The notes under the pieces are model-generated. The model was not told where the DNA came from. It worked only from the letters and a program-made list of their open reading frames with translations, and did not search any database. The position numbers and the translations under genes were made by a program. From an uncultured Elusimicrobia bacterium (lineage in GTDB: Bacteria; Elusimicrobiota; Elusimicrobia; Elusimicrobiales; UBA9959): 64,000 bases of DNA. The stretch lies in contig CAIXBR010000093.1 in the NCBI GenBank assembly GCA_903917735.1, positions 936 through 64,935 on the forward strand. The letters are read 5' to 3'. Positions 47,022 through 57,403 of this stretch are shown piece after piece; positions within the stretch are counted from its first letter, which is position 1, and every line of letters begins with the position of its first letter.

Positions 47022-49436
47022 ATGTATTTCGTGACGGATAATTTCTCAAATCTTAACATTTTTGACGGCGCGCCGGCGCTTTTCCGCGACGCCCTGCCGC
47101 TGTTTTCGGGACTGGGCGATCTTTTCATACCGATAGCGGCGGAACCTGCTGGGCTGGTCTCCCTTTATACAGTCCCCCCGTTCCCCGAAGGCGGACAGGT
47201 TTTCCTGCCGGCCTTCACCGCGGAAAGCCTGGTGAACCCGCCATTCATAAGACAGGTTGCGCAAACCTCGGCCCTGATGTTCTTTCATGCCCCTTCCGCC
47301 GACTTTTTCGCTTTTAACCCGGCTCATCCCCAGGCCAGGCAGGCCGCGGCCGTACTGAAGGCTTCAAGAAAGGATATGTCGCTGCTAGCCGGCTTTCTGC
47401 GGACCGGGGACAAGGCCGCCGGGGGAGATCTGGCCCGCCTGGCCGCCGGCGAATTCGCCATGGGCAACATGCACGGGGCTCATTATCTTTATAGTATCGC
47501 GGCGGCGCGCAGCCCGGCGTCGCGCGCGCGCTTCGCGCTGGGTTTCGTCCTGGTGGAACTGGGCCTGCTGCAGGAAGCCTATGACGAGCTCAAGGCCGAC
47601 ACCGACCCGGAGGCGCGGCTCTGCCTGGCGGTAATACACCGGAAAACCGGCAACCAGCAGCAGGCCCGGGAACTCCTGTCCTCCCTTGGGCAGGGCACCC
47701 AGCTGAACGAAAAGATAGCCATAGAAACCGCTTGGCTGGACCTTGAATCCGCACCGGAAGAGGCGGAGAGAAATTTCCAACGCCTGACCTCCTCTTCTTT
47801 CGACAAGATCGAAGCTCTTTCAGGCCTGGGCGCCGCGATGTCCAGGAATGCCTTCCGCACTAAGGACAAGGGCAGGCTGGCCGCGGCGGCTAACGCGCTG
47901 CGTTCCGCCCTCTCTACCCCGTCCCCGGCTTCGGGACGCATATTTTTCCAGCTGGGAAACCTTTATTTCCGTTCCGGGGAGCTTGCCCAGGCGGAAAGCT
48001 GCTACCGCCGCTCGTCCGTGCTGGCACCGGCCGTGCAGGCGCTCGCGAACCTGGCGCTTACGCTTATAAAGACCGGCAAGCTGGCCGAAGCGGCTCAGCT
48101 AACGTCGCAGATAGCGCTTACCGATATAGCCTCGGCCAAACGTCTGGCGGCCGAATTCCCGAAGGAACAAGCGGCGGCCCTGTTCCAGCCGCCGCGGGTT
48201 GAAGCCGCGCCCGTGCCGCCCGCCGCCAGGCCCCAGGAGCCGGAAAAGAAGGAACCCCCGCCGGCCGACGCCCTTTCACAGCCGCCGCCCGCCGCACATG
48301 AGCAGCCGCCGCCAAAGACCGCCCCGCCGGCGCCTGTATCGCCCCGGCCCGCTTCCGGCGGGCTGGAAAGTTCCGGGGCCGGGTTCCAATTCATAAACCC
48401 CGCCGCCGCAAGATCCCCGGAGACTTCGCAGCAGACGGCCGGACTATCTCCAGCCAAGCCGCGCGACTCTTCCGCCTCCGGAAGGACTGCCGGGCCCCGC
48501 TCCGCCGCACCCCCGCGTGAAATACAGATAGAGACCCTTCGCGACGTAATGTTCGCCCCCGGCGCCCCTACGGAGGACGACAGCCGCAAGGATGATTTCA
48601 TTTCCCGGGCTTTCAGGCTGGCCTCGGACCTGGAGGACGAATTCGGGAAAAAGATCTATTTCAACATGGACGGCCTCAGCGAGGTGGAGCGGAAACTGCG
48701 CCTCACTTTCATAAAGGCCAAGTCAACCCCCCAAGGCAACTCGCAGGGAAACATAGAGGCAGTAATGAACAGCGCCGCTTTCCTTTGTTACTTCCTGCAG
48801 GAAAGGAACAAGGGCCACCTGATAAAGCTGCCGGACTTCGACCCCTGGGGCTGGCCGATGATATTCGAACTGCCGCAAACGAAGATAACCACCTACCCTA
48901 TACAGAGGGTCTGGCGCATGCTCTGGGAAGAAACCGTGCCGGAACCGGGCTGGCTGGCCAAATATGCTGACTGGATCACCGGCCGCCTGCGCAGCACGGC
49001 CGCCGCCCCGTGCGGAGCCGCGGCGGCTAAAGCCAAGGTAACTAGCCACCCGGAGCGCATCGCCGACGCGCAGACCGAACACAAGCGGATGCTGGTGCTG
49101 GCTTCCTCGCTTGCGGAAACCTCGAATATAGAGATTGCGCGCACCGGGATAATCAAGATAGAGAACGCCATAAAGGCCTCCTTCAGGCCCGAGATCCCCC
49201 CCACTACCGACGGGTGGAAAATTTTACGCTGCTACGGCCACCTCTTCGCCGCGATACTGGCCAAGGAATTCAAGACGGTTTGGTTCAACGCGGATGGAGA
49301 GGACGGCGGCTGGTCCATGCGGCTACCGTGGAAAACAATGGTATTTCCGATAGGCAAAATATATAAGACGGCTTCCATCCGCGGAGACCTGAGCTCCTAT
49401 TACGAAGAGATAATGGCCGAAAAGCTAAGGTACTAG
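47022..49436 (+). CDS. TPR protein with Pro-rich linker and duplicated C-terminal domain
   Basis: TPRs, about 120-aa Pro/Ala linker, two repeats ending GW....P(I)..(V/I). Confidence 0.7.
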   Translation: MYFVTDNFSNLNIFDGAPALFRDALPLFSGLGDLFIPIAAEPAGLVSLYTVPPFPEGGQVFLPAFTAESLVNPPFIRQVAQTSALMFFHAPSADFFAFNPAHPQARQAAAVLKASRKDMSLLAGFLRTGDKAAGGDLARLAAGEFAMGNMHGAHYLYSIAAARSPASRARFALGFVLVELGLLQEAYDELKADTDPEARLCLAVIHRKTGNQQQARELLSSLGQGTQLNEKIAIETAWLDLESAPEEAERNFQRLTSSSFDKIEALSGLGAAMSRNAFRTKDKGRLAAAANALRSALSTPSPASGRIFFQLGNLYFRSGELAQAESCYRRSSVLAPAVQALANLALTLIKTGKLAEAAQLTSQIALTDIASAKRLAAEFPKEQAAALFQPPRVEAAPVPPAARPQEPEKKEPPPADALSQPPPAAHEQPPPKTAPPAPVSPRPASGGLESSGAGFQFINPAAARSPETSQQTAGLSPAKPRDSSASGRTAGPRSAAPPREIQIETLRDVMFAPGAPTEDDSRKDDFISRAFRLASDLEDEFGKKIYFNMDGLSEVERKLRLTFIKAKSTPQGNSQGNIEAVMNSAAFLCYFLQERNKGHLIKLPDFDPWGWPMIFELPQTKITTYPIQRVWRMLWEETVPEPGWLAKYADWITGRLRSTAAAPCGAAAAKAKVTSHPERIADAQTEHKRMLVLASSLAETSNIEIARTGIIKIENAIKASFRPEIPPTTDGWKILRCYGHLFAAILAKEFKTVWFNADGEDGGWSMRLPWKTMVFPIGKIYKTASIRGDLSSYYEEIMAEKLRY

Positions 49437-49528
49437 ACCCGCATAGGACTTTAGACCTTGATTTATCACGCGTTTTTCAGCGATAATCGAAGTAGTCGTA
49501 TATTTATCATCAGGATTAGGAGCCGAAC

Positions 49529-50878
49529 ATGCTGCTTTCATTGATTTCCTCCCTGCTTCTCGCCTCGGCCAATGCCGGCCCGGCCATGGACTCGCTTTCA
49601 CTTCAGGCCGGGCCTAAGGCCGCGTCCGTCCCCGAGCCGCACGCCCCGCAGCGGGAATGGACCGTAATGGTCTATATGAACGGCAAGAGCAATATAGAGC
49701 CTTTCGCCCTGTCCGACATGAACCGTTTTGAAACCGTCGGCTCCAGCGACAAAGTAGCCATAGTAACCGAACTAGGCCGCTCCAAGGGCCTGGACAACGA
49801 TACTACCGCCGACGGGGACTGGGCCGGCGTGCGGCGCTACCTGGTAGTAAAGGACCAGGACAAGGACCATATCGCCTCCCCAGTGCTGGCCGACCTCGGC
49901 AACGCCGACATGGGCGACTGGCATGAGGCCGCGGCCTTCCTGAAATGGGCAAGGGCGGAATATCCCGCGAAAAAATACCTGTTCGTGATCTGGGACCACG
50001 GCTGGGGCTGGCTTGACCCGGTCAAGCCCTCCTGGAAAAACGAGACCGCGTCAAAATCCATCTCGCACGATTTCGTGAGCGGCCACTATATCGCCACAAC
50101 CGACATGGGGAAGATATTTGCTGAAGCCGGCAAGGTGGACATGTACGCCTCCATGGCCTGCTTCATGCAGATGGCGGAAGTGGCCTACGAATTAAAGGAC
50201 GGCGCCGACATCATAGTCGGGTCGGAGGAAGTTATACAGCTGGCCGGCCTGAACTGGGAGGATTTCCTGCCGGCGCTTGAAAAAGACCCGGAGGCCGGGC
50301 CTGAAAAGGCCGGGAGCTACATGGTGGACACCTTCCACGAGATGTACACGCGCCCGGAATACGTGCAGCAGCTGGAACAGACCAAGTACGGCACGCAGCT
50401 GTCCGCCGTGCGGGCCGCCAAACTGCCGTTGCTGGCGAAAAAGACTAAGGCCTGGTACGAGCTCGCGATAAAGGCCGACGACAGGGCCGCCATGTCGAAA
50501 GCCAAGGCCGAAGTGCTGCGGTTCGAGATCGGCGACGAGACCACCGACCCGGACAAGCGCATCTCTTTTTACGGTGACCTCTCCAATTTCGTCGAGCTGG
50601 CCGGGCACTACGCCGACGCCTCAAGACCCGGGGCTAAGGAACTGGCCGCGGCCGGAGAAGACCTGGAAAAATTCATAGCCGGGGACCTTACGATAAAGAG
50701 CGCCTGGGTGGGCCGGGACCGCACCGGCAAGGAATACTCCAACACCCACGGCATCTCCATAGACATACCCGGCAAGCCAGGGAACCTTATAGAGTATTAC
50801 CCGACCTATTCAAAACTGGCCTTTGAGAAGGCCTCGGGCTGGGACACTTTCGTGAAATACCTGGGAAGCATAGATTAG
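49529..50878 (+). CDS. Clostripain-like cysteine peptidase (C11)
   Basis: WTVMVYMNG, IWDHGWGW (catalytic His), ACFM..EVAYE (catalytic Cys), GSEE. Confidence 0.88.
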   Translation: MLLSLISSLLLASANAGPAMDSLSLQAGPKAASVPEPHAPQREWTVMVYMNGKSNIEPFALSDMNRFETVGSSDKVAIVTELGRSKGLDNDTTADGDWAGVRRYLVVKDQDKDHIASPVLADLGNADMGDWHEAAAFLKWARAEYPAKKYLFVIWDHGWGWLDPVKPSWKNETASKSISHDFVSGHYIATTDMGKIFAEAGKVDMYASMACFMQMAEVAYELKDGADIIVGSEEVIQLAGLNWEDFLPALEKDPEAGPEKAGSYMVDTFHEMYTRPEYVQQLEQTKYGTQLSAVRAAKLPLLAKKTKAWYELAIKADDRAAMSKAKAEVLRFEIGDETTDPDKRISFYGDLSNFVELAGHYADASRPGAKELAAAGEDLEKFIAGDLTIKSAWVGRDRTGKEYSNTHGISIDIPGKPGNLIEYYPTYSKLAFEKASGWDTFVKYLGSID

Positions 50879-50894
50879 GAGCCTTCCTTATATA

Positions 50895-51719
50895 ATGGGG
50901 AAACCACCGGAAGCCGGCAGCAGTTTCAGGCCGGCTTTTTTCTTATTGAACTCAAGCCAGCGCAAGGCTCTCTCCGCATACTACGGCTACGCCCGCAACA
51001 TAGACGACATAGCGGACGACCCTGCTATTGCCCTGCCCGAAAAAGCCGCCAAGCTGGAAGCCTGGAGGGCGGCGGTAGAGCGCATTTTTTCCGACAAGAC
51101 CCAAACCCTGCTTGAAGAGGACCTGGCGGGGGCCGTGCGGGAATTCCCGCTCAAGCGGGAGCATTTCCTGCTGGTGCTGGAAGGCGTAGGCCAGGACCTG
51201 GAAAAAAATTCATACGCCACTTTTGAAGAGCTGGAAGGCTACATGTACAGGGTAGCCGCGGCGGTGGGCCTGGGCTGCCTGGCGGTTTTCCGCTACGACG
51301 CCCCCGGGGCGGAGCTGTTCGCGGAAAAACTCGGCTACGCGGTGCAGCTGACCAATATCCTCAGGGACGTCTCCGAGGACTACGCCGCCGGGCGCGTCTA
51401 CCTCCCGAAGGAAGACCTGGAGCGCTGCGGCTGCGCGGCAGAGGACCTCGGCGGTTCCAATTACCCCCCCAATTTTATAGAATTGATGAAATTCGAGGCG
51501 GCGCGAGCGGAAAGATTTTACGAGGAGGCGCTGGCCCTGGCGGAGCCGGAGTCCAAAAGGCACCTGGCCGGGGCTCTGGCCATGGGCCGCCTCTACAGGG
51601 AACTGCTCGGTAAGATGGCGCGCCGCGGTTTCCGCGTGAAGGAAAAACGCCTGCGGCTGTGCGCCTTTGAAAAAGCTGCGGCGCTGTTTAAAGCCTGGCT
51701 GGACTACCTTAAGATCTGA
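50895..51719 (+). CDS. Squalene/phytoene synthase family (HpnD-like)
   Basis: [28 protein letters not shown]...GRVYLP. Confidence 0.88.
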   Translation: MGKPPEAGSSFRPAFFLLNSSQRKALSAYYGYARNIDDIADDPAIALPEKAAKLEAWRAAVERIFSDKTQTLLEEDLAGAVREFPLKREHFLLVLEGVGQDLEKNSYATFEELEGYMYRVAAAVGLGCLAVFRYDAPGAELFAEKLGYAVQLTNILRDVSEDYAAGRVYLPKEDLERCGCAAEDLGGSNYPPNFIELMKFEAARAERFYEEALALAEPESKRHLAGALAMGRLYRELLGKMARRGFRVKEKRLRLCAFEKAAALFKAWLDYLKI

Positions 51720-51732
51720 CGGGGTGAACTAT

Positions 51733-52296
51733 ATGCTTAAATCCGACTCCTGGATACGGGAAATGTGCAAAAAGCGGAAGATGATCTCGCCTTTCGTGGA
51801 GGGCCTGGTGGCCAAAGGGAAGGTTTCCTACGGCCTTTCCTCTTACGGCTACGACATAAGGGTCTCCAACGAATACAAGGTCTTCACCGACGTCCATAAC
51901 TGCGTGGTAGACCCGAAGGATTTCAACGAAAAATCCTTCGTTAATATCAAGGCCCCTTACTGCATAGTCCCGGCGCACTCCTTCGCTCTGGCGCGCTCGG
52001 TGGAGTATTTCCGCATCCCGCGCAGCGTCATCGGACTGTGCATAGGCAAAAGCACCTACGCCCGCTGCGGCATTGTGGTCAACATAACGCCGCTGGAGCC
52101 GGAATGGGAAGGTCACCTTACGCTGGAGATCTCCAACACCACGCCCCTGCCCGCGAAGATCTATTCCAACGAGGGAATAGCCCAACTGGTGTTCCTGGAG
52201 TCGGACCGCGAATGCGAAATCTCCTACAAGGACAGGAAGGGCAAATACCAAGCCCAGCGCGGCGTCACGCTGCCGCGCATCCTCAAAACAAAGTGA
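51733..52296 (+). CDS. dcd: dCTP deaminase
   Basis: [32 protein letters not shown]; start moved to MLKSD. Confidence 0.95.
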   Translation: MLKSDSWIREMCKKRKMISPFVEGLVAKGKVSYGLSSYGYDIRVSNEYKVFTDVHNCVVDPKDFNEKSFVNIKAPYCIVPAHSFALARSVEYFRIPRSVIGLCIGKSTYARCGIVVNITPLEPEWEGHLTLEISNTTPLPAKIYSNEGIAQLVFLESDRECEISYKDRKGKYQAQRGVTLPRILKTK

Positions 52297-54260
52297 AGAC
52301 CGCAAAAAGCCTGATGCTGGCCGCGGCGCTGTTGTGCGCCGCCGGCGCGTTGCCGCTGTTCTCCGGCAGCATTAAGCCGGCCGAAGACCCGCTGGCCTTC
52401 CTCAAAGCCTCCCCAGGAGACAGGACGCTGCTGCTGCGCGCGGTAGAGCTCTCTGCGGACCTGCCGGGCAGCGCGGCCGCGCTGGAGTCTTCCGCCGGTC
52501 TGGTGCTCAAGAAGGACCCGGCCGACTATGCTGGTTTCCTGGCCCTGTGCAAAGCCATGCGCTGCTCGGGCCGCGCCAAGGACGGGCTGCCCAACTGCCG
52601 GAGGGCGATGGAGCTGGACCCGACCGCCTATCCTTCCTACCGCGAGCTCGGCCTGTCCTATGCCGCCGCCGGCAACCCCAGGCGGGCCGCCGAGACCTTG
52701 CAGCAGGGCGTAGAACTTTCCTCCTCCATCTGCCAGGCATACTACACGCTGGCTAACGTGCTGGAGAAGCGCGGCGACGCGGTACGCGCCCATTCCTATT
52801 ATGAAAAAGGCCTGACGCTGCCCCCCGACCCCCTTAATTACCACGCGCTCCTGCGGGCCGGCGCAAGGCGTACGGTCCAGGCCGCGAAGAAGCCGCCCAG
52901 GGCGCAGGCCGCTGCAAGAATAAAGGCCGTCCCTCCGGCCGTCACCGCCGCGCAACTGCCGCCATGCATGGAGAAGTTTAAGGCCGAGTTCCTCAAGGAC
53001 AACCTGGGCTCGGCCCTGGAGCAGAGCGAAGCCTGCCTGAAACTCGCCCCCCGCGACGCGGGACTGGCCTCGGAGCGGGCGCCCCTGCTGGTCCGCCTGG
53101 GCAGATACGAGGACGGAGTAAAAGAATACGAGCGCGCGGCCAGGCTTTACGGTGAGAAAGACCCGATGTCCGCTTTCTGCAGGGTAAAGGCCGCGGAAAC
53201 CTGGCTGAAGCTCGGGGACTCCGCCCAGGCTCTTGCCCAATACAAGCTGGCCCTGACAGCCAAACCCGGGGACCTGAACGCGCTTAAAGGCCTTGCCGCG
53301 GCGCAGGAAGCGCGGTCCGACACGGCCGGCGCCCTTGAGACCTACTCCGCCATAATTAAACTGGAGCCCGGCAACGACAAACTGCGCGCACGGCAAGAAG
53401 AGCTTAAGTCCGCGCTGCTCACCGATGAACAGATACTGCAGGAGCTGCGCCTGCGGCAGGCCATAGATGAACAGAAGACGGCGCTGCAACCGGAAGACGC
53501 CAAGCTTTACAAAGCCGTAAAAGCGGCCGAGCTGAGCGGCGCGGTGGATTATCTTAAAGCAAAAGCTCCGACCGCCCAGGGCCTGACCATGAAAAGGGAA
53601 GCCGAAGGCGGGACAAAACTGCTGCTGACCGGCGCCGGCTACAAATCCTACGTTTATTACGCCACACAGGACGCGGTCAAGTTCTTTGAGAAAAAGGGAA
53701 TAGGCCTGCGCGAGGTTTTTCAGCTCCGCAGCCTCTCCGGCGCGGAACTTTTTGACAATGCGGGCAAGCTCACTCCGGAAGGCGAGGTGGTCTGGCGCGG
53801 CTCCGGAGAGGTCTCGAAGACATGGCTTCTGACGTCCGAACCGGTACCGGACAGCCCGCTGGCGATACAGGCGAAAGCCCAAATAGCCGAACTACACGCG
53901 CACGGCTACGAGGAGATATCGGAGCCGGAATACCTGTGGCTGTTGCGCGCCACGGACTGCCCGGAGATCACGCTGAAGAGCTCCCCGGTCTCGGCCATAA
54001 ACCAGATCTACGACGGGCTCCATATGCACTATATGCTGTGCTATGACGAGAAGGCGCTTTGCCTGAACCAATGCAACAACAAGCTGCCGACTTATATCGC
54101 GTCATACAGGAATAACGACACGGCCATAAACGACAGTAAATACTCCACCGGCTTTTTCGGCCGCGGCGCGATAAAGAGGCACCGCTTCTGCGAGGACGGC
54201 GAGGTTTGGATGGGCGGCGGCTCCCCCAATCCGTGCAGCACGGCCAAGCCGGCGCATTGA
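52293..54260 (+). CDS. Exported TPR protein with Cys-rich C-terminus
   Basis: GTG start overlapping the dcd stop, signal peptide, two TPR blocks. Confidence 0.75.
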   Translation: MKTAKSLMLAAALLCAAGALPLFSGSIKPAEDPLAFLKASPGDRTLLLRAVELSADLPGSAAALESSAGLVLKKDPADYAGFLALCKAMRCSGRAKDGLPNCRRAMELDPTAYPSYRELGLSYAAAGNPRRAAETLQQGVELSSSICQAYYTLANVLEKRGDAVRAHSYYEKGLTLPPDPLNYHALLRAGARRTVQAAKKPPRAQAAARIKAVPPAVTAAQLPPCMEKFKAEFLKDNLGSALEQSEACLKLAPRDAGLASERAPLLVRLGRYEDGVKEYERAARLYGEKDPMSAFCRVKAAETWLKLGDSAQALAQYKLALTAKPGDLNALKGLAAAQEARSDTAGALETYSAIIKLEPGNDKLRARQEELKSALLTDEQILQELRLRQAIDEQKTALQPEDAKLYKAVKAAELSGAVDYLKAKAPTAQGLTMKREAEGGTKLLLTGAGYKSYVYYATQDAVKFFEKKGIGLREVFQLRSLSGAELFDNAGKLTPEGEVVWRGSGEVSKTWLLTSEPVPDSPLAIQAKAQIAELHAHGYEEISEPEYLWLLRATDCPEITLKSSPVSAINQIYDGLHMHYMLCYDEKALCLNQCNNKLPTYIASYRNNDTAINDSKYSTGFFGRGAIKRHRFCEDGEVWMGGGSPNPCSTAKPAH

Positions 54261-54305
54261 TCCGGTTTTGCATAAACCTGGAAAATTTTGTATCATAATA
54301 TAACT

Positions 54306-54743
54306 ATGACACAGAAAACCACTTTGCCTAAAGCCGACACGGCCGAAAAAACCAGGAAATGGCATTTCCTAGACGCTTCAGACATGGTGCTTGGCCGTCT
54401 TTCCACAAAGATCGCCGTGCTCCTGATGGGCAAACATAAGCGCGACTTCGCCCCCAATACCGATTGCGGCGACTTCGTCGTGGTGACCAACACCGATAAA
54501 GTGCGCATCACCGGCAACAAGATGGAAGACAAGTTCTACTTCCGCCACTCCGGCTACGCCAACGGGGCACGGACCATCCCCTACAAGAGGCAGATGGAAA
54601 ACGATTCGACCAAGGTGATGGAGCTTTCCGTGCGCCGCATGCTCGACGACAACCGCCTGCGCGACAAGCGCATGAAGCGCCTGCGCCTCTTCTCCGGAAC
54701 GCAGACCCAGTTCCCGATGCCCAAAGCCGCGGCCGCTAAGTAA
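54306..54743 (+). CDS. rplM: 50S ribosomal protein L13
   Basis: RKWHFLDA..LGRL, GKHK, DCGDFVVV, HSGY. Confidence 0.97.
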   Translation: MTQKTTLPKADTAEKTRKWHFLDASDMVLGRLSTKIAVLLMGKHKRDFAPNTDCGDFVVVTNTDKVRITGNKMEDKFYFRHSGYANGARTIPYKRQMENDSTKVMELSVRRMLDDNRLRDKRMKRLRLFSGTQTQFPMPKAAAAK

Positions 54744-54767
54744 CGAACAGAGGAAAACTCAAAACAT

Positions 54768-55166
54768 ATGGAAAACAAGAATCTCATACTGGCCACCGGA
54801 CGCCGCAAGACCTCCGTGGCGCAGATACGCATGTCCCAGGGCGGCGAAGGCAAGATCACCATCAACACCAAGACCCCCGAGGACTATTTCGGCAACAACC
54901 CCCGGCTACACCACGAGATAGTCAGGCCCTTAGACCTGGCCAAAGACCAGAAGTTCGACTGCGTGATAAAGGTTAACGGCGGAGGGCTCTCCAGCCAGGC
55001 CGGCGCCATACGGCACGGCATTTCCCGCGCGATAGCCAGCCTCGGCGACAGCTTCCACGCCTCCATGAAGAAGGCCGGGTTCCTTACCCGCGACTCCCGC
55101 ATGGTGGAAAGAAAGAAGCCCGGCCAGCCCAAGGCCCGCAAACGCTTCCAGTTCTCCAAGCGTTGA
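54768..55166 (+). CDS. rpsI: 30S ribosomal protein S9
   Basis: TGRRKTS, GGGLSSQAGA, ERKKPG, QFSKR. Confidence 0.97.
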   Translation: MENKNLILATGRRKTSVAQIRMSQGGEGKITINTKTPEDYFGNNPRLHHEIVRPLDLAKDQKFDCVIKVNGGGLSSQAGAIRHGISRAIASLGDSFHASMKKAGFLTRDSRMVERKKPGQPKARKRFQFSKR

Positions 55167-55186
55167 TCAACGCCTGGCGCACTGCC

Positions 55187-55224
55187 AACCGCGGGGGGGG
55201 TCAAAGCCTCCCGCGGTTTTTTTT
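55187..55224 (+). terminator. Terminator after rpsI
   Basis: AACCGCGGGGGG-loop-CCTCCCGCGGTT followed by T-tract. Confidence 0.85.
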
Positions 55225-55288
55225 ATGCGCGCGGCCGGGCGGAACACGCGCCCGTTTACACTGCAGGAGGATTTTGTTTATCATTAAT

Positions 55289-55828
55289 ATGATGAGAAAA
55301 TTCTGGCTTGGGCTTACGGACAACAGATTCAAAGCCGCCATGGCGGCCGTGGAAAGGACCGGGGCCTGTCTTGGCGACCTGGCGGAGGATCCGTCGGCGG
55401 CTTCGGCCTTCTTCAGGCCTCTGCGCGCGGCCCTGAGGGCCGCAACCTCCGGCAAGACAGAACAGGCCGCCTCGGCGCAAGCAAGGGCCGCGGCCGAGGA
55501 CCTGGCCGCGCTGCTTGAAAGATTTTTCTCGGACCTCTCCCTTCACCGGACAGCCCCTGACGCGGCGCTAAAGGAGGCCCTGCTTTGCCTGCAGCGGGCC
55601 TGCTCGGCCGCCCGCGGCCTAGCCGGGCCGCGCACGAAGGAGCGCGCCGCCGTCGAGATCAGGGGCCTCTGCGCCGGGGCCCGCAGGACCCTCGCGCTGG
55701 CCAAAACCGCCGCCGACGGCGCCCCTGGCGGTTTTCCGAAAAATATCAAATTTAGTAGTATATACTCCGGGCTTGACGCCGCGTTCGACGCGCTTGAGCG
55801 CTGCGCCGAAGCCCTTTTTAAGGTATAG
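55289..55828 (+). CDS. Hypothetical helical protein, weakly PhoU/DUF47-like
   Basis: Ala-rich helices; C-terminal IKFSSIYSGLDAAFDALERCAE resembles the DUF47 tail. Confidence 0.45.
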   Translation: MMRKFWLGLTDNRFKAAMAAVERTGACLGDLAEDPSAASAFFRPLRAALRAATSGKTEQAASAQARAAAEDLAALLERFFSDLSLHRTAPDAALKEALLCLQRACSAARGLAGPRTKERAAVEIRGLCAGARRTLALAKTAADGAPGGFPKNIKFSSIYSGLDAAFDALERCAEALFKV

Positions 55829-55845
55829 CCCCCCAAGGAGCCTCC

Positions 55846-57396
55846 ATGAAAGCACTACTCACAACCCTGCTACTGTCGCTGTCCATCTCGCCGGCGTGGT
55901 CCCTGACCATTTCGATCTATCACACAAGCGACGTGCACGGCTGGTATTCCTCCCGGCCCGCGAAATGGGACAAGGAAAATTCCACCCGCACCATAGGCGG
56001 CTTCGCGGCGCTCTCGTCGCTGGTAAGCGCGGACAAGAACCCGCACATACTCCTTGATTCCGGCGACACCTTCCAGGGCACCCCCGAAGGCACCCTTACG
56101 AAAGGGATGGCCACCGTAAAGCTTATGAACCAGCTCGGCTATTCGGCGGCGGACGTCGGCAACCATGACTATGACTACGCCGAGGATAACCTCCGCTCCA
56201 TTGTGGCGGCCTCGTCCTTCACCTGGCTCGGCGCCAACGTTTACCTGAAGAAGAACGGAGAGCACGTCGACTACCTGAAACCCTATACCATCCTAAATGT
56301 CGCCGGCAAGCGCATAGCGGTTATAGGCATACTCGGCCGCCACACGGCCACCTCCACCCTCCCCGCGAACGTAAAACACATTGAGTTCCGCAGCGAAACC
56401 GCGGAAGCGGCCAAATGGACCGAAGAGGTTAAGAAACTTAATCCCGACGCTATAATAATATTGGCCCACGTGGGCTTCGGCGGCGACTTCTCCGGCAAAG
56501 TGGATATTTCCACCTGGACCTTCACGGACGCGCAGACCGAGAACGGCACGCTGCCCATAGCGCGGGCCTCCAAGGGCGCGAACGTGGTGATAGGCGGACA
56601 CAATCACGTCGGACTGCTTAAGGGCTACTTCGATAAGGAAAGCGGCGTGCTGCTGGCCGAAAGCTTCTGGGGCCTTACCGATGTTTCCAAGATCGACCTT
56701 GAATTCGACGACACTACCGGCAAACTCAAAGGGGCTTCCGACGAGCTTATCCCCCTCTGGACCGATAAAACAGGCGAGGATGCGGCCGTCCTGCAAACCA
56801 TAAAAGGCTTCAGCGCCGCTGTGGACAAGGAGATGGGCCGTGTCATCAGCGAGAGCGCGGCGGACCTGGGCCGCTCCGAGGCCGGCCTGGATTCAGACAT
56901 CGGCAACTGGTTCGCCGACGCTATGCGCCGCCAGGCCGGCACCGACGCCGCCTTCCAGAACACCGCCGGCATAAGGTCCGATATGAAAAAAGGCCCGATA
57001 CGCCTGCGCGATATCTTCCAGGTGATGCCTTTCGAGAACACCCTGGTAAAGCTGACGATGACCGGGGAACAGCTTAGGAAACTTATGGCCGACAACCTGC
57101 GCGGCGGGCACTCCAAGCTGCAGGTCTCGGGGCTGAAAATAACATTCAGGAACACCCCCGACGGAGTCAAGGACATAACCATTAATAAGGACGGCAAGCC
57201 CGTAAAGCCGGAAGACAAACTGACCGTTGCCACCAATAATTACCTTACCACCGGCGGCACCGGCGGTAAGGCCTTCGCGGAAGCCGAAAAGTCGGAAGAC
57301 ACCATGCTCCCCATAAGGGATCTGCTGATCAAGGACATAACGGACAATCCCGTGAAGGCCGCTCCAGAAGGCGGCCGGATAGTCCTCCTGAACTGA
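55846..57396 (+). CDS. Periplasmic 5'-nucleotidase / UDP-sugar hydrolase (UshA-like)
   Basis: Signal peptide; DVHG, DSGD, GNHD, LAHVG, GHNH all intact; GIRSD, PFEN. Confidence 0.92.
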   Translation: MKALLTTLLLSLSISPAWSLTISIYHTSDVHGWYSSRPAKWDKENSTRTIGGFAALSSLVSADKNPHILLDSGDTFQGTPEGTLTKGMATVKLMNQLGYSAADVGNHDYDYAEDNLRSIVAASSFTWLGANVYLKKNGEHVDYLKPYTILNVAGKRIAVIGILGRHTATSTLPANVKHIEFRSETAEAAKWTEEVKKLNPDAIIILAHVGFGGDFSGKVDISTWTFTDAQTENGTLPIARASKGANVVIGGHNHVGLLKGYFDKESGVLLAESFWGLTDVSKIDLEFDDTTGKLKGASDELIPLWTDKTGEDAAVLQTIKGFSAAVDKEMGRVISESAADLGRSEAGLDSDIGNWFADAMRRQAGTDAAFQNTAGIRSDMKKGPIRLRDIFQVMPFENTLVKLTMTGEQLRKLMADNLRGGHSKLQVSGLKITFRNTPDGVKDITINKDGKPVKPEDKLTVATNNYLTTGGTGGKAFAEAEKSEDTMLPIRDLLIKDITDNPVKAAPEGGRIVLLN

Positions 57397-57403
57397 TAGA
57401 GCT

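Noticed and set aside
52038-52292. 85-aa N-terminal extension of the TPR ORF
   Set aside because: Overlaps dcd in another frame; the signal peptide begins at GTG 52293
52224-53882. 552-aa minus-strand ORF and similar long antisense ORFs across the window
   Set aside because: Typical stop-poor antisense frames of GC-rich genes with no motifs
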